This document shows positions 24,969 to 36,569 of a DNA stretch of 64,000 nt, piece by piece. Each line of letters starts with the position of its first letter. Within the stretch, counting starts at the first letter, position 1. Source of the DNA: Scyliorhinus canicula (taxonomy: Eukaryota); assembly GCF_902713615.1 (NCBI RefSeq), contig NC_052159.1, positions 153,324,651 through 153,388,650 on the forward strand, in the 5' to 3' direction. A program made the position numbers and the translations under genes. The notes under the pieces are model-generated. The model saw nothing but the letters and a program-made list of their open reading frames with translations, did not search any database and had not been told where the DNA came from.

Positions 24969-27099
24969 TATCACCCGCTATAGACATACCGCACCACCCC
25001 CCCCCCACGACTCATCAAACGTTCGGCTCACAATGCCCTCTCTTTGTCCCCACAGGAGAAGATAGTCAATAATAAATGAGAAAGTGTCAAGATGGGTGGC
25101 AGAGTACCAGAAATGTGAGTTCTCACCTCCTCCTATGAGAATCGCGGGATTGACCGAAGAGAGAGCAGTCACCGACAGCGAGGTTAACCTGTGTCACAGA
25201 GGTGAGGATTCACTGACCCTTCACTCAAGTGACCTGTCTCAAGTGAGCTGTTCATGTCAGACAGCATGATCCTTCCCTCTCACTGACCACGTGTCCGTTG
25301 TCTCGCAGGATCTCCATCTGATGAGCAGTGCCTTCCAGAGCTGTACCCCCACCTCGCCGCCACCCAAGGGACCACTTTGGAGGAGAGCTCCAAGTAGAGC
25401 ACCATAGAGGCATCACAGCTATCACCACCACCACCTTCCCCCAGCACAGAGACACACACCCCGGTGGGCGACATTAATGGAGTGGCTTCTGGGACACAAT
25501 CTGGTGAGCACCTCACAGTCGCTGATGCACATCAGGTGGAGGCGGGAACATCCAAGGGAATCAGCCATCTGAGATCTGCTGGATCCCAGGACTCAGCTGC
25601 GCCCCAGTGGGATGCCGAGCCCCTGGACAAGGTTATCCCAGGACTGGTGCAGCTGACAGGACACAGCCCTGAGATTCAGGAGGGGATGTCAGTGACCCTC
25701 CAGTGAGTGCATAGCCAATTGAAGGAGTCCCAAAGGCTAGGTGATGATGCCGACATCGCGTGGCACTGAGGCCAACTCTGCAAGAGTGGCAACGGCAGTG
25801 GACAGCCTGGAGCACGGCATCAGCACCTTGAGTGGTGGTGTCCAAGGCAGGGCTCAGTTTGCAACAGCCATGTCCCATGCACTGATGGACATTGCTGAGG
25901 CACTGCAGAGCATAGCCCAGTCACTGAGGAACATCGCTGAGGGCGTTAACACCATGGTGCAGACAATAGGGAGCCGCCAGGACTGGTAGAGCCAGATGAT
26001 GCTGATGCCTTTGGAGCTCACTCCAGCTGCCCCTCTGTCCCATGGAGACCCCCAGGGCTCTATGAGCACCGTCAGAGAGGAGGAAGCACTGGGAGCCAAC
26101 TTGGGGTCTGACACCATGGAGACCACAATGGTCTCCAGTTCCTCTGGAGCCTCCCCTCCTGACACTGATGCATCTAAAGAGCATCAAAGGCCACAGACCG
26201 CGGTAAGCAGCAGACTGCATCCACCTCTGATGTGCATCCTGGGGACACACCTAGACGTAGCAATAGACCATGAAAGGTCAAGAAGAGTGAGGATCACTGA
26301 GTGGGTATAGGGGGTTGGGAGGGGAACTGCCTGTAGCTGGGGGGAAATGGAAATGTCCAATGTTCACAATTAAAACAAGTTACACCTGATACATGTCAAG
26401 CCTCTGTCACATTAATCTTCACAGCCAGTCTGCCTGTACCCCCACCCACTGTAGCCTTCCGATACCCCCAGCCCTCACCTCCTAGGCACAGCTGACCAAG
26501 ATCAATACCCCCCAATGCAGACCCCGTTCAGTTCAGGGGATGGGTGTGACACGCTGTCAGCAGAAAGCCGGGAGTCAGAATTTTGGCATAAGCTGAGGAA
26601 CAATATGGCTAACCTCACAGTGAGTGATCATCACTCTCCTGCCTTCTATATTGACCCGCTGACAGTGCTGACACAGGCCCATCGCCCTGGGGCGATGTTA
26701 CACAGACCCTGGGACATGGTAGTCAGGGCAGGGAAGCTGGTGGGTGTGGGAAGGTTGGGGAATGGCGGGGAAGGAGGACAATGGGTGGGAATAAGGGGAA
26801 TGGTGTGAGGGGGGATTGGGGAAGGAGGGATGAGGGGAATATTTTGTTTATTAAATGGTCAACAGTAACAAAGATTTGAAAATCAACTCCGTACCATTCG
26901 ACACAGCACACTAACCATTAAACCGTCACCGTTCCATATTGGCACCGAGCCATTTCAGCTCATTTTCATTTAAAAAAAACACGCTATCACCCCGCAACAG
27001 AAATGGAACATAAGCCTGAGAATATGTTATCACGTCACCAGCACAGTAGCATAGTGGTTAGCACTGTGGCTTCACAGCGCCAGGGTCCCAGGTCCCGAG

Positions 27100-27350
27100 C
27101 TTTAACATAGAGTCACCCAGACTCGAAATGTTAGCTCCCTTCTCTCTCCACAGATGCTGTCAGACCTGCTGAGACTGTCCAGTGTTTTCTGCCTTTCTTT
27201 CAGATTCCAGCACCCGCAGTAATTCGCTTTTCTCACCTTTTCAGGCACTGTGTTAAAACAGAAAATGGTGAAAGTACTCAGCAGGTCAGACAACACCTGT
27301 GAGGAACTGGATTAATGCTTCAGATCGTGATTGACCCTTCATCCGAACGG
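27100..27350. mobile_element. Inverted pair of short retroelement tails (second Penelope-like family)
   Basis: GAGTCACCCAGACTCGAAATGTTAG..CCACAGATGCTGTCAGACCTGCTGAG and an antisense copy at 27258-27350; relatives at 23910-23976, 41690-41800, 42750-42845, 44728-44850. Confidence 0.55.
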
Positions 27351-27611
27351 GCATTCATTCTGAGCCCTTGAGCAGCAGCCGCAATTTTAATCGCTCTGCC
27401 ATAGAGAGATGTGCCTTTGTAGGCCAAAGGCCTAAAGCTCTGGAATTCTCTCCCTCGCCCCTCCAGCTCAGTATCTGTCTCTCTTCCTTTTAGAAGTTCG
27501 GAAAACCTACCTCTTCGATGAACCACCTGGCTGAATATGGTGTTAAGAGTACATTTTGCTCTTGACCAGCAGCTTGAAGCCACAATATAAATAGATGTTG
27601 TTGTTGCCTGC

Positions 27612-27828
27612 TGTGGTAAACCACTGTTACACCTGTATTAGGCGATGTAAGGTAGGGCCTGTACTACAGGTTCGCCGGTAGCCCTTGCCTGCTGGCTCCG
27701 CCCAGTAGGAGGAGCGTGTCCTCTATTCAGCAGCCATTTCGCCAGCTGCTGTGTTAGGCCACACATCTTACTGCAATAGAGCCACAGTTGTATCCAACTT
27801 TAGTCTTGGTACGATTGATCGTGCATCA
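27612..27828 (+). mobile_element. Solo LTR
   Basis: TGTGGT...ATTGATCGTGCATCA; perfect 5-bp TSD CCTGC (27607-27611, 27829-27833). Confidence 0.88.
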
Positions 27829-28349
27829 CCTGCGAGCCTCATTCACTGACCACACACCTCAAGAAATGAGGGCTGTGCAACCCAGGATTTGCTGATGTGT
27901 GTGCCCAACAGTCAGGAAACAGTCAACGTCCCTGGAAAATGATCTCTGTTGTCCAGAAAAGGGTTAATAATGATTCCTTTTCTATTAATCTCTGGCTTTG
28001 ACCTGCTAAAGTGAGTTTCTGTTAGCAGGCAGGAAGTGCCAGTTATCATTTCACTGGAAATGGGAAAGCAAGCCGTGTTTTAGCTGATAAGAGTTCAGCA
28101 GAGGCAAAATCAAGCTCGCCTTTGTTAGTTAAGCTGGCTCTATCTGCTTCCATAAGACGTGCAATAGTGAGATAGTAGACAGGTTTCTGGCGCCACATAT
28201 TCCAGTGATAAACTATGCCAGTCCCTCGGAGAAAATTGTTGAGGAGTCTGCTCAAGTGACCACTGAGGTATCAGGCCCCTGAAACTGTCCCTGTCGGAAC
28301 GCTGTGACCGGCGTTCTGGGGTTGGGGGAGGCGCACAGGGAAATCACTG

Positions 28350-28530
28350 CGGCAGCTCCATTGGCAGCACTCTCACCTCCCCGGGAGAAGATTGTGAGTT
28401 CAAATCCCACCCAAGGGGCTTGAGCACCAATCCTCGGCTGGTGTTTCTGGGGCAGTGCAAAGGGAGTGCTGCACTGTGGGCGATGCTGCGCTTCGATGCG
28501 AGGTCAAACCGAGGCTCTCTCAGATGGACG
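28350..28530 (+). mobile_element. Deu-domain SINE fragment (SacSINE1-like)
   Basis: GCAGTGCAAAGGGAGTGCTGCACTGTGGG..GATGCGAGGTCAAACCGAGGC. Confidence 0.55.
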
Positions 28531-28859
28531 CAATGTCAGTCAAGATACCAGTTTGACGAGTTGTGTGCAAGGCTTCTTGTTAAAACTGAGGTAATCCGTT
28601 TTCGCACCAGGACAAATAAATATAAACGACGTATACTTATGTGTCCACTTTAACATAATAAGAATTCCCAAGGTGTTTCAGCTGGGCGTTAGAATGTAAA
28701 ATTAGAGATAGAGTCACATAAAGTGATGTTAGAGCAAATGGTCAATAAGGTTGTTTTTAAGGAGCATTGTAAAGGATGTAAGAGAGGTAGGGAGGCAAGG
28801 AGGTTTAGGGAGGGAATTCCTGAGCTTCGGGCCCAAGCAGCTGAGAATATAGTCACCAA

Positions 28860-29184
28860 TCATACAATTTATAGTGCAGAAGGAGGCCATTCGGCCCACC
28901 GAGTCTATACCGACTCCTGAAAGAGCACCCTATCTAAGCCCACACCTCAACCCCACCCCCGCAACCCCACCTAACCTTTGGACATTACAAGGCTATTTTG
29001 TGTGATCAATCCGCCTAACCTGCACATCTTTGGACTGTGGGAGGAAACCGGAGCACCCGGAGGAAACCCACGCAGACGCGGGCAGAAAGTGCAAACTCCA
29101 CACAGACAGTGACCCAGCCGGGAACTGAACCCCGGTCCCTGACGCTGTGAAGCAACAGCGCTAACCACAGTGCTACGGTGCCAC
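28860..29184 (-). mobile_element. HE1/V-SINE-type SINE
   Basis: Antisense head, V-domain and tail. Confidence 0.88.
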
Positions 29185-29584
29185 CCCATGATGGACGGAT
29201 GAAAATGGCAGATGCGCAAGAGGCCAGTTACAGCACAGAAGAGGCCATTCGGCCCATCTTGTCCACGCCAGCCCAGGGACACCCAGGTGCCCTTTCCAAT
29301 CCCACCATCCTGCACCCAGTCCATAGCCCTGTACCTTCCAACACTTAAGGTCCAGATAATGACAATGATAATCTTTTATTGTCACAAGTATGAAGTTACT
29401 GTGAAAATCCCCGAGTCGCCACATTCCGGCGCCTGCAGATCCAGGTATTTTTTCAAAGAGTTTCTTCCTCCAACTTGGGCAGGGAATTCCAGACTCTCAC
29501 TACCCTCTGCGTAAAAACGTTCTTCCTCATGTCTCCTCTGCACCTTATGGAATAACTTACAATGTTAAACTCGCACAGAATAAA

Positions 29585-29808
29585 GGGCAGCACGGTGGCA
29601 CAGTGGTTAGCATTGCTGCCTACGGCGCTGAGGATCCGGGTTCGAATCCCGGCCCTGGGTCACTGTCCGTGTGGAGTTTGCACATTCTCCCCGTGTCTAC
29701 GTGGGTTTCACCTCCACAACCCAAAAGATGTGCAGGGTAGGTAGATTGGCCACGCTAAATTGCCCCCTTAATTGGAAAAAATAATTGGGTACTATAAATT
29801 TTTTTTAA
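29585..29808 (+). mobile_element. Short V-SINE subtype with A/T-rich tail
   Basis: Ends TTGCCCCTTAATTGGAAAAAATAATTGGGTACT..; 16-bp TSD AAACTCGCACAGAATA / AAACTTGCACAGAATA. Confidence 0.88.
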
Positions 29809-29829
29809 AAACTTGCACAGAATACAAGT

Positions 29830-30320
29830 TCAGCCTCAAGTTGATTATTGTGTCCAATTCTGGATGCCTCGCTTCAGAAAAAATGTGAAAGATACAGAAA
29901 AGATTAACAAAAATGGTTCCAGTGATGAGTGACTTCAATTACGGTGACTTGTTGGAGAGGTTTACACTACTTTCCTTGGAGAAGAGAAGGGTGAGGGGAG
30001 ATATGAGAGACATATTCAAGTCTGACAAGAGTAGATATTTCTATGTTTCTATTGGTGGAAGGATCAACCACGAGAGGGCACAGACTTAAGGTAATTGGTA
30101 AAATAAACAACAGTCATGAGGAGAAACTTTTTCACACAGCAATGTGTTCGGATTGTACAGCCTGAGAGAGTGCTCGAGGCTGCTTCAATAAAGGTTTTTG
30201 AGAAGAAATTGGGTTATTATCTGAAAAGGCAGAATGTGGAAGGCAAAAGGAGCTAGGGAAATTTCTTCTTCAGAAAACCAGGACAGGTGTTCAGACTGAA
30301 TGGTCTCCTTTCTTCTTTTA
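29830..30320 (+). mobile_element. Old CR1 3' fragment
   Basis: TATTGTGTCCAATTCTGG..GAGAAGAGAAGGGTGAGGGGAGAT..AACTTTTTCACACAGC. Confidence 0.7.
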
Positions 30321-31879
30321 AGCACATCTTCACACCCACAGTTTTCCACTTTGGGGGATAGTGGAGGAAGGATTCCCGAGCTGATTATCAGCCCATTGAA
30401 CTTTGTCATGAACATGCCTTCCGTGGCCAACAAGCTCCAGTGCTGGACTCAAACCCAGAGCTCCTGATCCAGTGGAAGGGGTGCGACCACAGTGCCACAC
30501 AAGAACTCTCCTCTCCTTTCTGTGATTCTGTGAAAGAAGAGCATCCATTTCCTATCACTGAGAGTGATCAGCTTGGCATAAGATCTGTTTATTATGGTGC
30601 CAGGTTTTCTGTCAGGTTGCCCAGCATCTTTCAAATCCATGTCTTCAATGGCTCCATTCCAATGGCCTGCATCATGTGCCTTTTGGGGGCCATTAGACTG
30701 TCTTCTGCTACACTCCACCAGCTGCTAACTTCCGAGGCTAGTTTGGCCTTAAGTCAGAATCGGACGGAAGGACGGCAATCAACAGTTAGACACATTTTCA
30801 GACCTGTGGGGGAATGGGAGGAGATTAGGCCTAAATAAAAGCTCTATTGAAGAGCCAGCATAGGTGTGATTGGCCGAAGTGCCTCCTTCAGTACGATACT
30901 TTTCCAGGATCCCATGAATGTGTTCCGCCACATGTTATTGCGTTTCAGATTTAGGAAACTCACTGAGAAATTGTACAAACTGTAACAGCCACATCGTGGT
31001 TTTGTCCCAAATTTGGATATATCATTTTATTCAATGGTGCATTAAAGCCCCCCCCCCCCCCCCCCCCCCCCCCGCCCTTGGTCAAGAATGGTTCATTTCT
31101 AAACTCCTTTCACTCACAGTTGCAAGCAACATTGCCAAACACATCTTGCATTCTGTATTTTAATGAAGTCGATTTTTCATCTCTTCTACTCAAAACTACT
31201 TCCCTTTTTCGATTGTGATTCCGTGCCACAAGGTTTCTTCCAGTTTTGCGAGTTAACACTCGTGTGGAACCTGATCAAAGTGCCTCCTAACACTCCAAAT
31301 GGCCACCTTCCATTGAAACCTCCCAGTGCACAGCATTAATGATCTCCTCAAACAATTCAACTGGATTACTTAGGCAAATGAACTCCAAACCGTGCAACTG
31401 CCCAGGCAATCTTTCACTGATGAGTGACATAATTTCGTGAATATGTCCGTCAAATCATTCGGTGTGAATGGAGTCACGTCTATGTTCGGCACAAAAGGGT
31501 CGAGGGCTCTCTTGGGTCAACCTTTCAAAACAACCATTTGAAACTATCTGCTGAGCATGTAACACCCTCCTGCCCTATGTCTTACAGCTCATACAAAATA
31601 ATCTCATATACGCCACTCTTGAGTGTAAGTATTTGTCTTCTTCGGCACATCTGTCACGTTTCAGGTTGTTTGAGGTGTTGTTTTTTTATTGTTCCTCTCT
31701 GAGTTGTATTGTGTATTTTTAAGAACGTCCCTTTGTGACATTAGAACGATCTCGATTGAAACTGGAAACATTTCCACGATTGAGTTTGCTGCGACTGATT
31801 TGCATCGATAACAGCCTGGTGGCTTCGAACCTTAACTTTTGTGCATTTGGAATATTTCAGGGAAAGAGGAGGTGTCCGT

Positions 31880-32270
31880 TCCGCCCTTTTTCTCAGGTCC
31901 CAATTGTGTGACTCTGAGTCCCACTTCGACGATGACACTCCAGGGGCAGCACAGAGGGCGCGATGCACTGTTATGCGTCGTCATCTTTCAGATGGAAAAT
32001 TAAACAGGGGCTCTGCCTGGTCTCTCGGGTGAATGCAAAAGACTCCATCGCCGCTTTTTAGAAGAGCTTTCTAGCTCAACCCCCTCCTTCCCCCAAAGAC
32101 CTGGTCCATAGTTATCCCTCCACCAGCATCACTAAAAACAGATGACCTGGTCATTATCAGACGGCTCTTTATGGAAGTTAGCTGCCGCGTTTCCTACGTT
32201 ACAAGAGTCACTGACTTCATTGACTATAAAACACTTTCCTGAGGCCATACAAGGTGTATGCAAATCTTTT
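31880..32270 (+). mobile_element. Deu-domain SINE (SacSINE1-like), old
   Basis: TCATCTTTCAGATGGAAAATTAAACAGGGGCTCTG..CATCACTAAAAACAGATGACCTGGTCATTATC..GCTGCCGCGTTTCCTACGTTACAA. Confidence 0.6.
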
Positions 32271-32518
32271 ATCAAAGATAAATGCAGGTGTAATTTATGC
32301 AGGTGCTCGTGTAATCTGGGAGGTCAGGGCAAATTTTACCGCAAGGTCTTTTTGGAAACTAGGTGCAAGTATTTATTTTCACAGTAGCATCATTGAAGCC
32401 TACTCGTGACAATAAGCGATTTTCATTTCATTTTCATTTCATCTTGGAAAGACATCACTGGCGAGGAGAGCATTTGGCGCTCATCCCTAATTACCCTTGA
32501 ACTGAGCGCCCTTGAAAT

Positions 32519-32832
32519 GGGCGGCGCCGTAGCGCAGTGGTTAGCACTGTTGCTTCACAGCGCCGGGGATCCCAGGTTCGATTCCCGGCTTGGGTCACTG
32601 TCTGTGCGGAGTCTGCACGTCCTCCTTGCATCTGCGTGGGTTTCCTCCGGGTGCTCCGGTTTCCTCCCACAAGTCCCGAAAGACGTGCTGTTAGGTGAAT
32701 TGGACATTCTGAATTCTCCCTCTCTGTACCCGAACAGGCGGCGGAGTGTGGCGACTAGCGGATTTTCACAGTAACCTCATTGCAGTGTGAATGTAAGCCT
32801 ACTTGTGACAATAAAGGTCATTCTTATTATTA
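32519..32832 (+). mobile_element. V-SINE, tail variant 3 (tail shared with type B SINE)
   Basis: V-domain, then AAGTCCCGAAAGACGTG..CCCGAACAGGCG..GTGGCGACTAG..CACAGTAAC..GTGACAATAAA. Confidence 0.9.
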
Positions 32833-33064
32833 TAGAGTGTTGCTGGGCCATTTCAGAGGGCAATTAAGAGTCAACCACATTGCTGTGGGTCTGGAACAAG
32901 ATTTTCTTCTCTAAAGGGTCTTTTGAATTTCTACTGTAAGTCAGCAAGTTTTTTTTGATAGCATTTCGGCCCGGCGACCTTTTTGCCTGTGAGCCGAATG
33001 TGAGAACCACGACATTACAGCAACACCTTTGACAAGATGGGTTTTTACAACAATAGTTCCCATA

Positions 33065-33270
33065 GGGGCGGCACGATAGCACAGTGGTTAGCACTGCTGC
33101 CTCACGGCGCCGAGGACCCGGGCTCAATCCCGGCTCCGGGCCACTGTCCATGTGGAGTTTGCACATTCTGCCCGTGCCTGCGTAGATTTTACCCCCACAA
33201 CCCAAAGATGGGCAGGGTAGGTGGATTGGCCACGTTAAATTGCCCCTTAATTGGGAATTTTTTTTTTAAA
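33065..33270 (+). mobile_element. Short V-SINE subtype
   Basis: A/T tail; TSD core AACAATAGTT on both sides. Confidence 0.85.
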
Positions 33271-33322
33271 GAAACAATAGTTAACATGCCCACCATTACT
33301 GAGAGTAGTTTCATCAGCACTT

Positions 33323-33572
33323 AATAATAATAATCTTTATTGTCACAAGTAGGCTTAATGAACACTGCAATGAAGTTACTGTGAAAAGCCCCTAGTCGCC
33401 AGATTCCGGCATCTGTTCGGGTACACCGAGGGAGAATTCAGAATGTCCAATTCATCTAACAGCACGTCTTTCGGGACTTGTGGGAGGAAACCGGAGCGCC
33501 CGGAGGAAACCCACGCAGACATGGGGAGAACGTGCAGACTCCGCACAGACAGCGATCCAAGCCGGGAATCAA
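33323..33572 (-). mobile_element. V-SINE tail variant 3, 5'-truncated
   Basis: Antisense relative of 32519-32832. Confidence 0.88.
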
Positions 33573-34765
33573 GCCGTAACATGCTAACTATATTAGTTAT
33601 GTGATACATATTCTGAATTTATCAATTTAATTTAAATGCTCCCAGCTACTGTTGGTGGGATTTGAATCCACACCTTCAGAGGTTTAACCTGAGTTTCTGG
33701 ATTGTTATTCCAGTGGCATTACCACTGTGCTATCGTCAGGGATGTTTCTACCCTTGCTCTGTTTGCATAAGGCCAGATGCTGTGAAGCTAATGTGTCATA
33801 TGACAAATGGTACAAACTTACATTTTTTTTGAGATAAATGTTCATACAGCTTCTGTTTAATGGCGAGTTACTGAGTTTGAAATGTATTCCACCAGTGCCG
33901 ACCCACTTGTCCCTGTTCTCTTGAGAGCCATTTGATCTTCCTGGTGTTTTGGATAAATTCCATAATCAGTGACCTGCGACTGAATATCCTTTATGCTGAA
34001 AACAAAATTGATTGAGAAGCCAAATGCAGCACGCACTCCATAAGGCATGCTCTCACAGTCCACCATAATATAATGTGCCATCTATATTAGCTGCATGATA
34101 CATATTGTAAGTAACACGGCCCAGCAATGGGAAGAGATGGAGAAGGCACAATTCAAACTCAACACCCACAGTCTGTGAGGATAGTGCACGGACGTAGAAA
34201 ACGCTGGAGCTCTTTGCCACTCATTTCATAAATGACTCGACGAGATTCTGTGCAGCAAATTGACACTGCGCTCTGCAATTTAAAGCTATATATGTTATCT
34301 CTCATTATTTAATGGACAACAGAGTGTAGTTTTCCCCGTCTTAAATTAGATTGTCGCACACTGCAATTGAGTTCATGGAAAAGAGTTTTTTTTAAACGCC
34401 CGCATTGTTCAACCCCCAGTGGTTTAAAGGTCAACGTAAGCAATAAAATGAACAGCAGCTCTGAATTCTCTCTCTACTTCACAGCTGCTGCCATCTATTT
34501 TTAAAGTCGCGCCAGAAATTGGTAAAAGATTAGCCACTCAGAATACAGAGACGTCGCATCGATTTTGTTGATTACATAGGAACAGGTGAAGACCATTCAG
34601 CCCCTCGAACCCGTTCCGCCTTTCAGCGAGATTGTGGCTGATCACTCGGAACTCCAGCCTCCTGCTGTGTACTCCGTATCCTTGGCTAGAAATGCTTGCA
34701 GTGACTGAACCGGAAGCTACTGCTTCTTCCGGGAAGCAGGTCCATAATTCTAACACCCTTTCCGG

Positions 34766-35090
34766 GAACATAGAACAAACAGTGCAGAAGGAGGCCATTC
34801 GGCCCATCGAGTCTGCACCAACCCACTTAAGCCCTCATTTCCACCCTATCCCCGTAACCCAATAACCCCTCCTAACCTTTTTGGACACTAAGGGGCAATT
34901 TAGCATGGCCAGTCCACCTAACCTGCACGTCTTTGGACTGTGGGAGGAAACTGGAGCACCAGGAGGAAACCCACGCACACACGGGGAGAACGTGCAGACT
35001 CCGCACAGACAGTGACCCAGCGAGGAATCGAACCTGGGACCCTGGCGCTGTGAAGCCACAATGCTATCCACTTGTGCTACCGTGCTGCCC
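34766..35090 (-). mobile_element. HE1/V-SINE-type SINE
   Basis: Full antisense SINE. Confidence 0.9.
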
Positions 35091-35622
35091 AAAGGGCTTC
35101 TGACCCTCTGTCCTGAAAGGCCTGAGCCTGGTTTCGGCCTGGACCTTCCCCGGTTTGGTCACGGACCACAAACGGAGATTGAGGTCCGATACTTGTACTG
35201 ATCACGAATGCAGGGAAAGCTCAGTGTCTCTCGGATGGTTGGTTGCAGTTTGTGATTTTTCTTGATTTTGCCAGGCATTTTTAAAGTGGGAGTCGCGACC
35301 CGCAGGTGGGTCGCAGGAGGGTGTCGGGAAGGTTGGGGAGCCCTCCACCACGGCATTCCCCATCGCGGGAAGTCAGGCTCAATGGCCGCAGCAGCCGGCT
35401 ATTAAATATGCCAGCTGCAAGCGGCTCTAAAAATGACGGCCTCGACCGGCTTTAAAAATACGGGCGTAGTGCGCATACCCGGAGCCCAGCGAGAAACACC
35501 ATCTCCTCCTCATGTCAGCGCGCTGACCCAGGAGAAGATTATTTTTGAACTTCAATTCAGTTTTCCTGCATCTGTCTTGAATATACGGGTATTAGGGCAG
35601 CACGGTAGCACAGTGGTTAGCA

Positions 35623-36548
35623 CCGACCATGCCGGCTAAACGCAACTCAGCGCGGTCACCCCGGATCAGTCGCGACCCAAGCACCTCCGGAGCTCCATGA
35701 TGACCATCCGGGTAAACGGGCACGAGGCGCCTTGCCTTTTCGACTCCGGGAGCACAGAGAGCTTCATTCACCTGGACATGGTAGGACGCTGCCCGCTCCC
35801 AATTCTCCCGGCGCACCAAACCATCTCCCTCGCCTCTGGGTCGCACTCGGTGTAAATCCGGGGGTGCACAACAGCAACCGTAGCAATACAGGGCGCCAAG
35901 TACGCCAATTTTAAATTATATGTGCTCCCCGATCTCTGCGCTCCTCTCCTATTGGGACTAGATTTCCAATGCAACCTCAGGAGCCTAACCCTGAAGTTCG
36001 GGGGGCCCCTACCCCCACTCACCATATGCAGCCTCGCGACCCTAAAAGTCGACCCTCTCCCACTCTTTGCAAACCTCGTCGCCGACTGCAAACCAGTTGC
36101 CACCAGAAGCAGGCGGGATAGCGTGCAGGACAGGACTTGTATCAGGTTCGAGGTCTAGCGCATCTTGCGGGAGGGAGTCATCGAGGCCAGGAATTGCCCC
36201 GGGAGAGCTCAGGTGGTGGTCGTCAAGACCGGGGGAAAGTTCCGGATGGTGGTTGATTACAGCCAAACCATAAACCGGTCCATGCAACTCGATGCGTACC
36301 CACTTCCCCGGATTGCAGACATGGTAAACCAGATCGCACACTACCGGGTGGTCTCCACGGTGGATCTGAAGTCGGCATACCACCAGCTCCCAATCCGCCC
36401 AGAGGACCGCCACTACACGGCTTTTGAGGCAGACGGCCGCATTTTCCATTTCCTCCAGGTCCCCTTTGGCGTCACGAATGGGGTTTTGGTGTTGCAAAGA
36501 ACAATGGACTGAATGGTGGACGAGTACAGGCTGTGGGCCACATTTCCA
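35623..36548 (+). mobile_element. Gypsy/Ty3 pol fragment: aspartic protease and N-terminal RT, with stops
   Basis: MTIRVNGHEAPCLFDSGSTESFIH (DSG motif, ~35700-35770); KFRMVVDYSQTINR..DAYPLPRI..STVDLKSAYHQLPI..TAFEADG..VPFGVTNG; ends at WATFP, just before the expected YxDD. Confidence 0.92.
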
Positions 36549-36569
36549 CGACTAGCGGGCCACGTGCTC

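Larger units (their letters stand above)
23978..26860 (+). mobile_element. Decayed PIF/Harbinger element carrying a spliced Myb/SANT-like gene remnant
   Basis: Starts with TIR-like GGGGCGGGATTT; exon remnants 24212-24446, 25056-25201, 25309-~26290 with GT/AG borders; right boundary uncertain. Confidence 0.65.
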
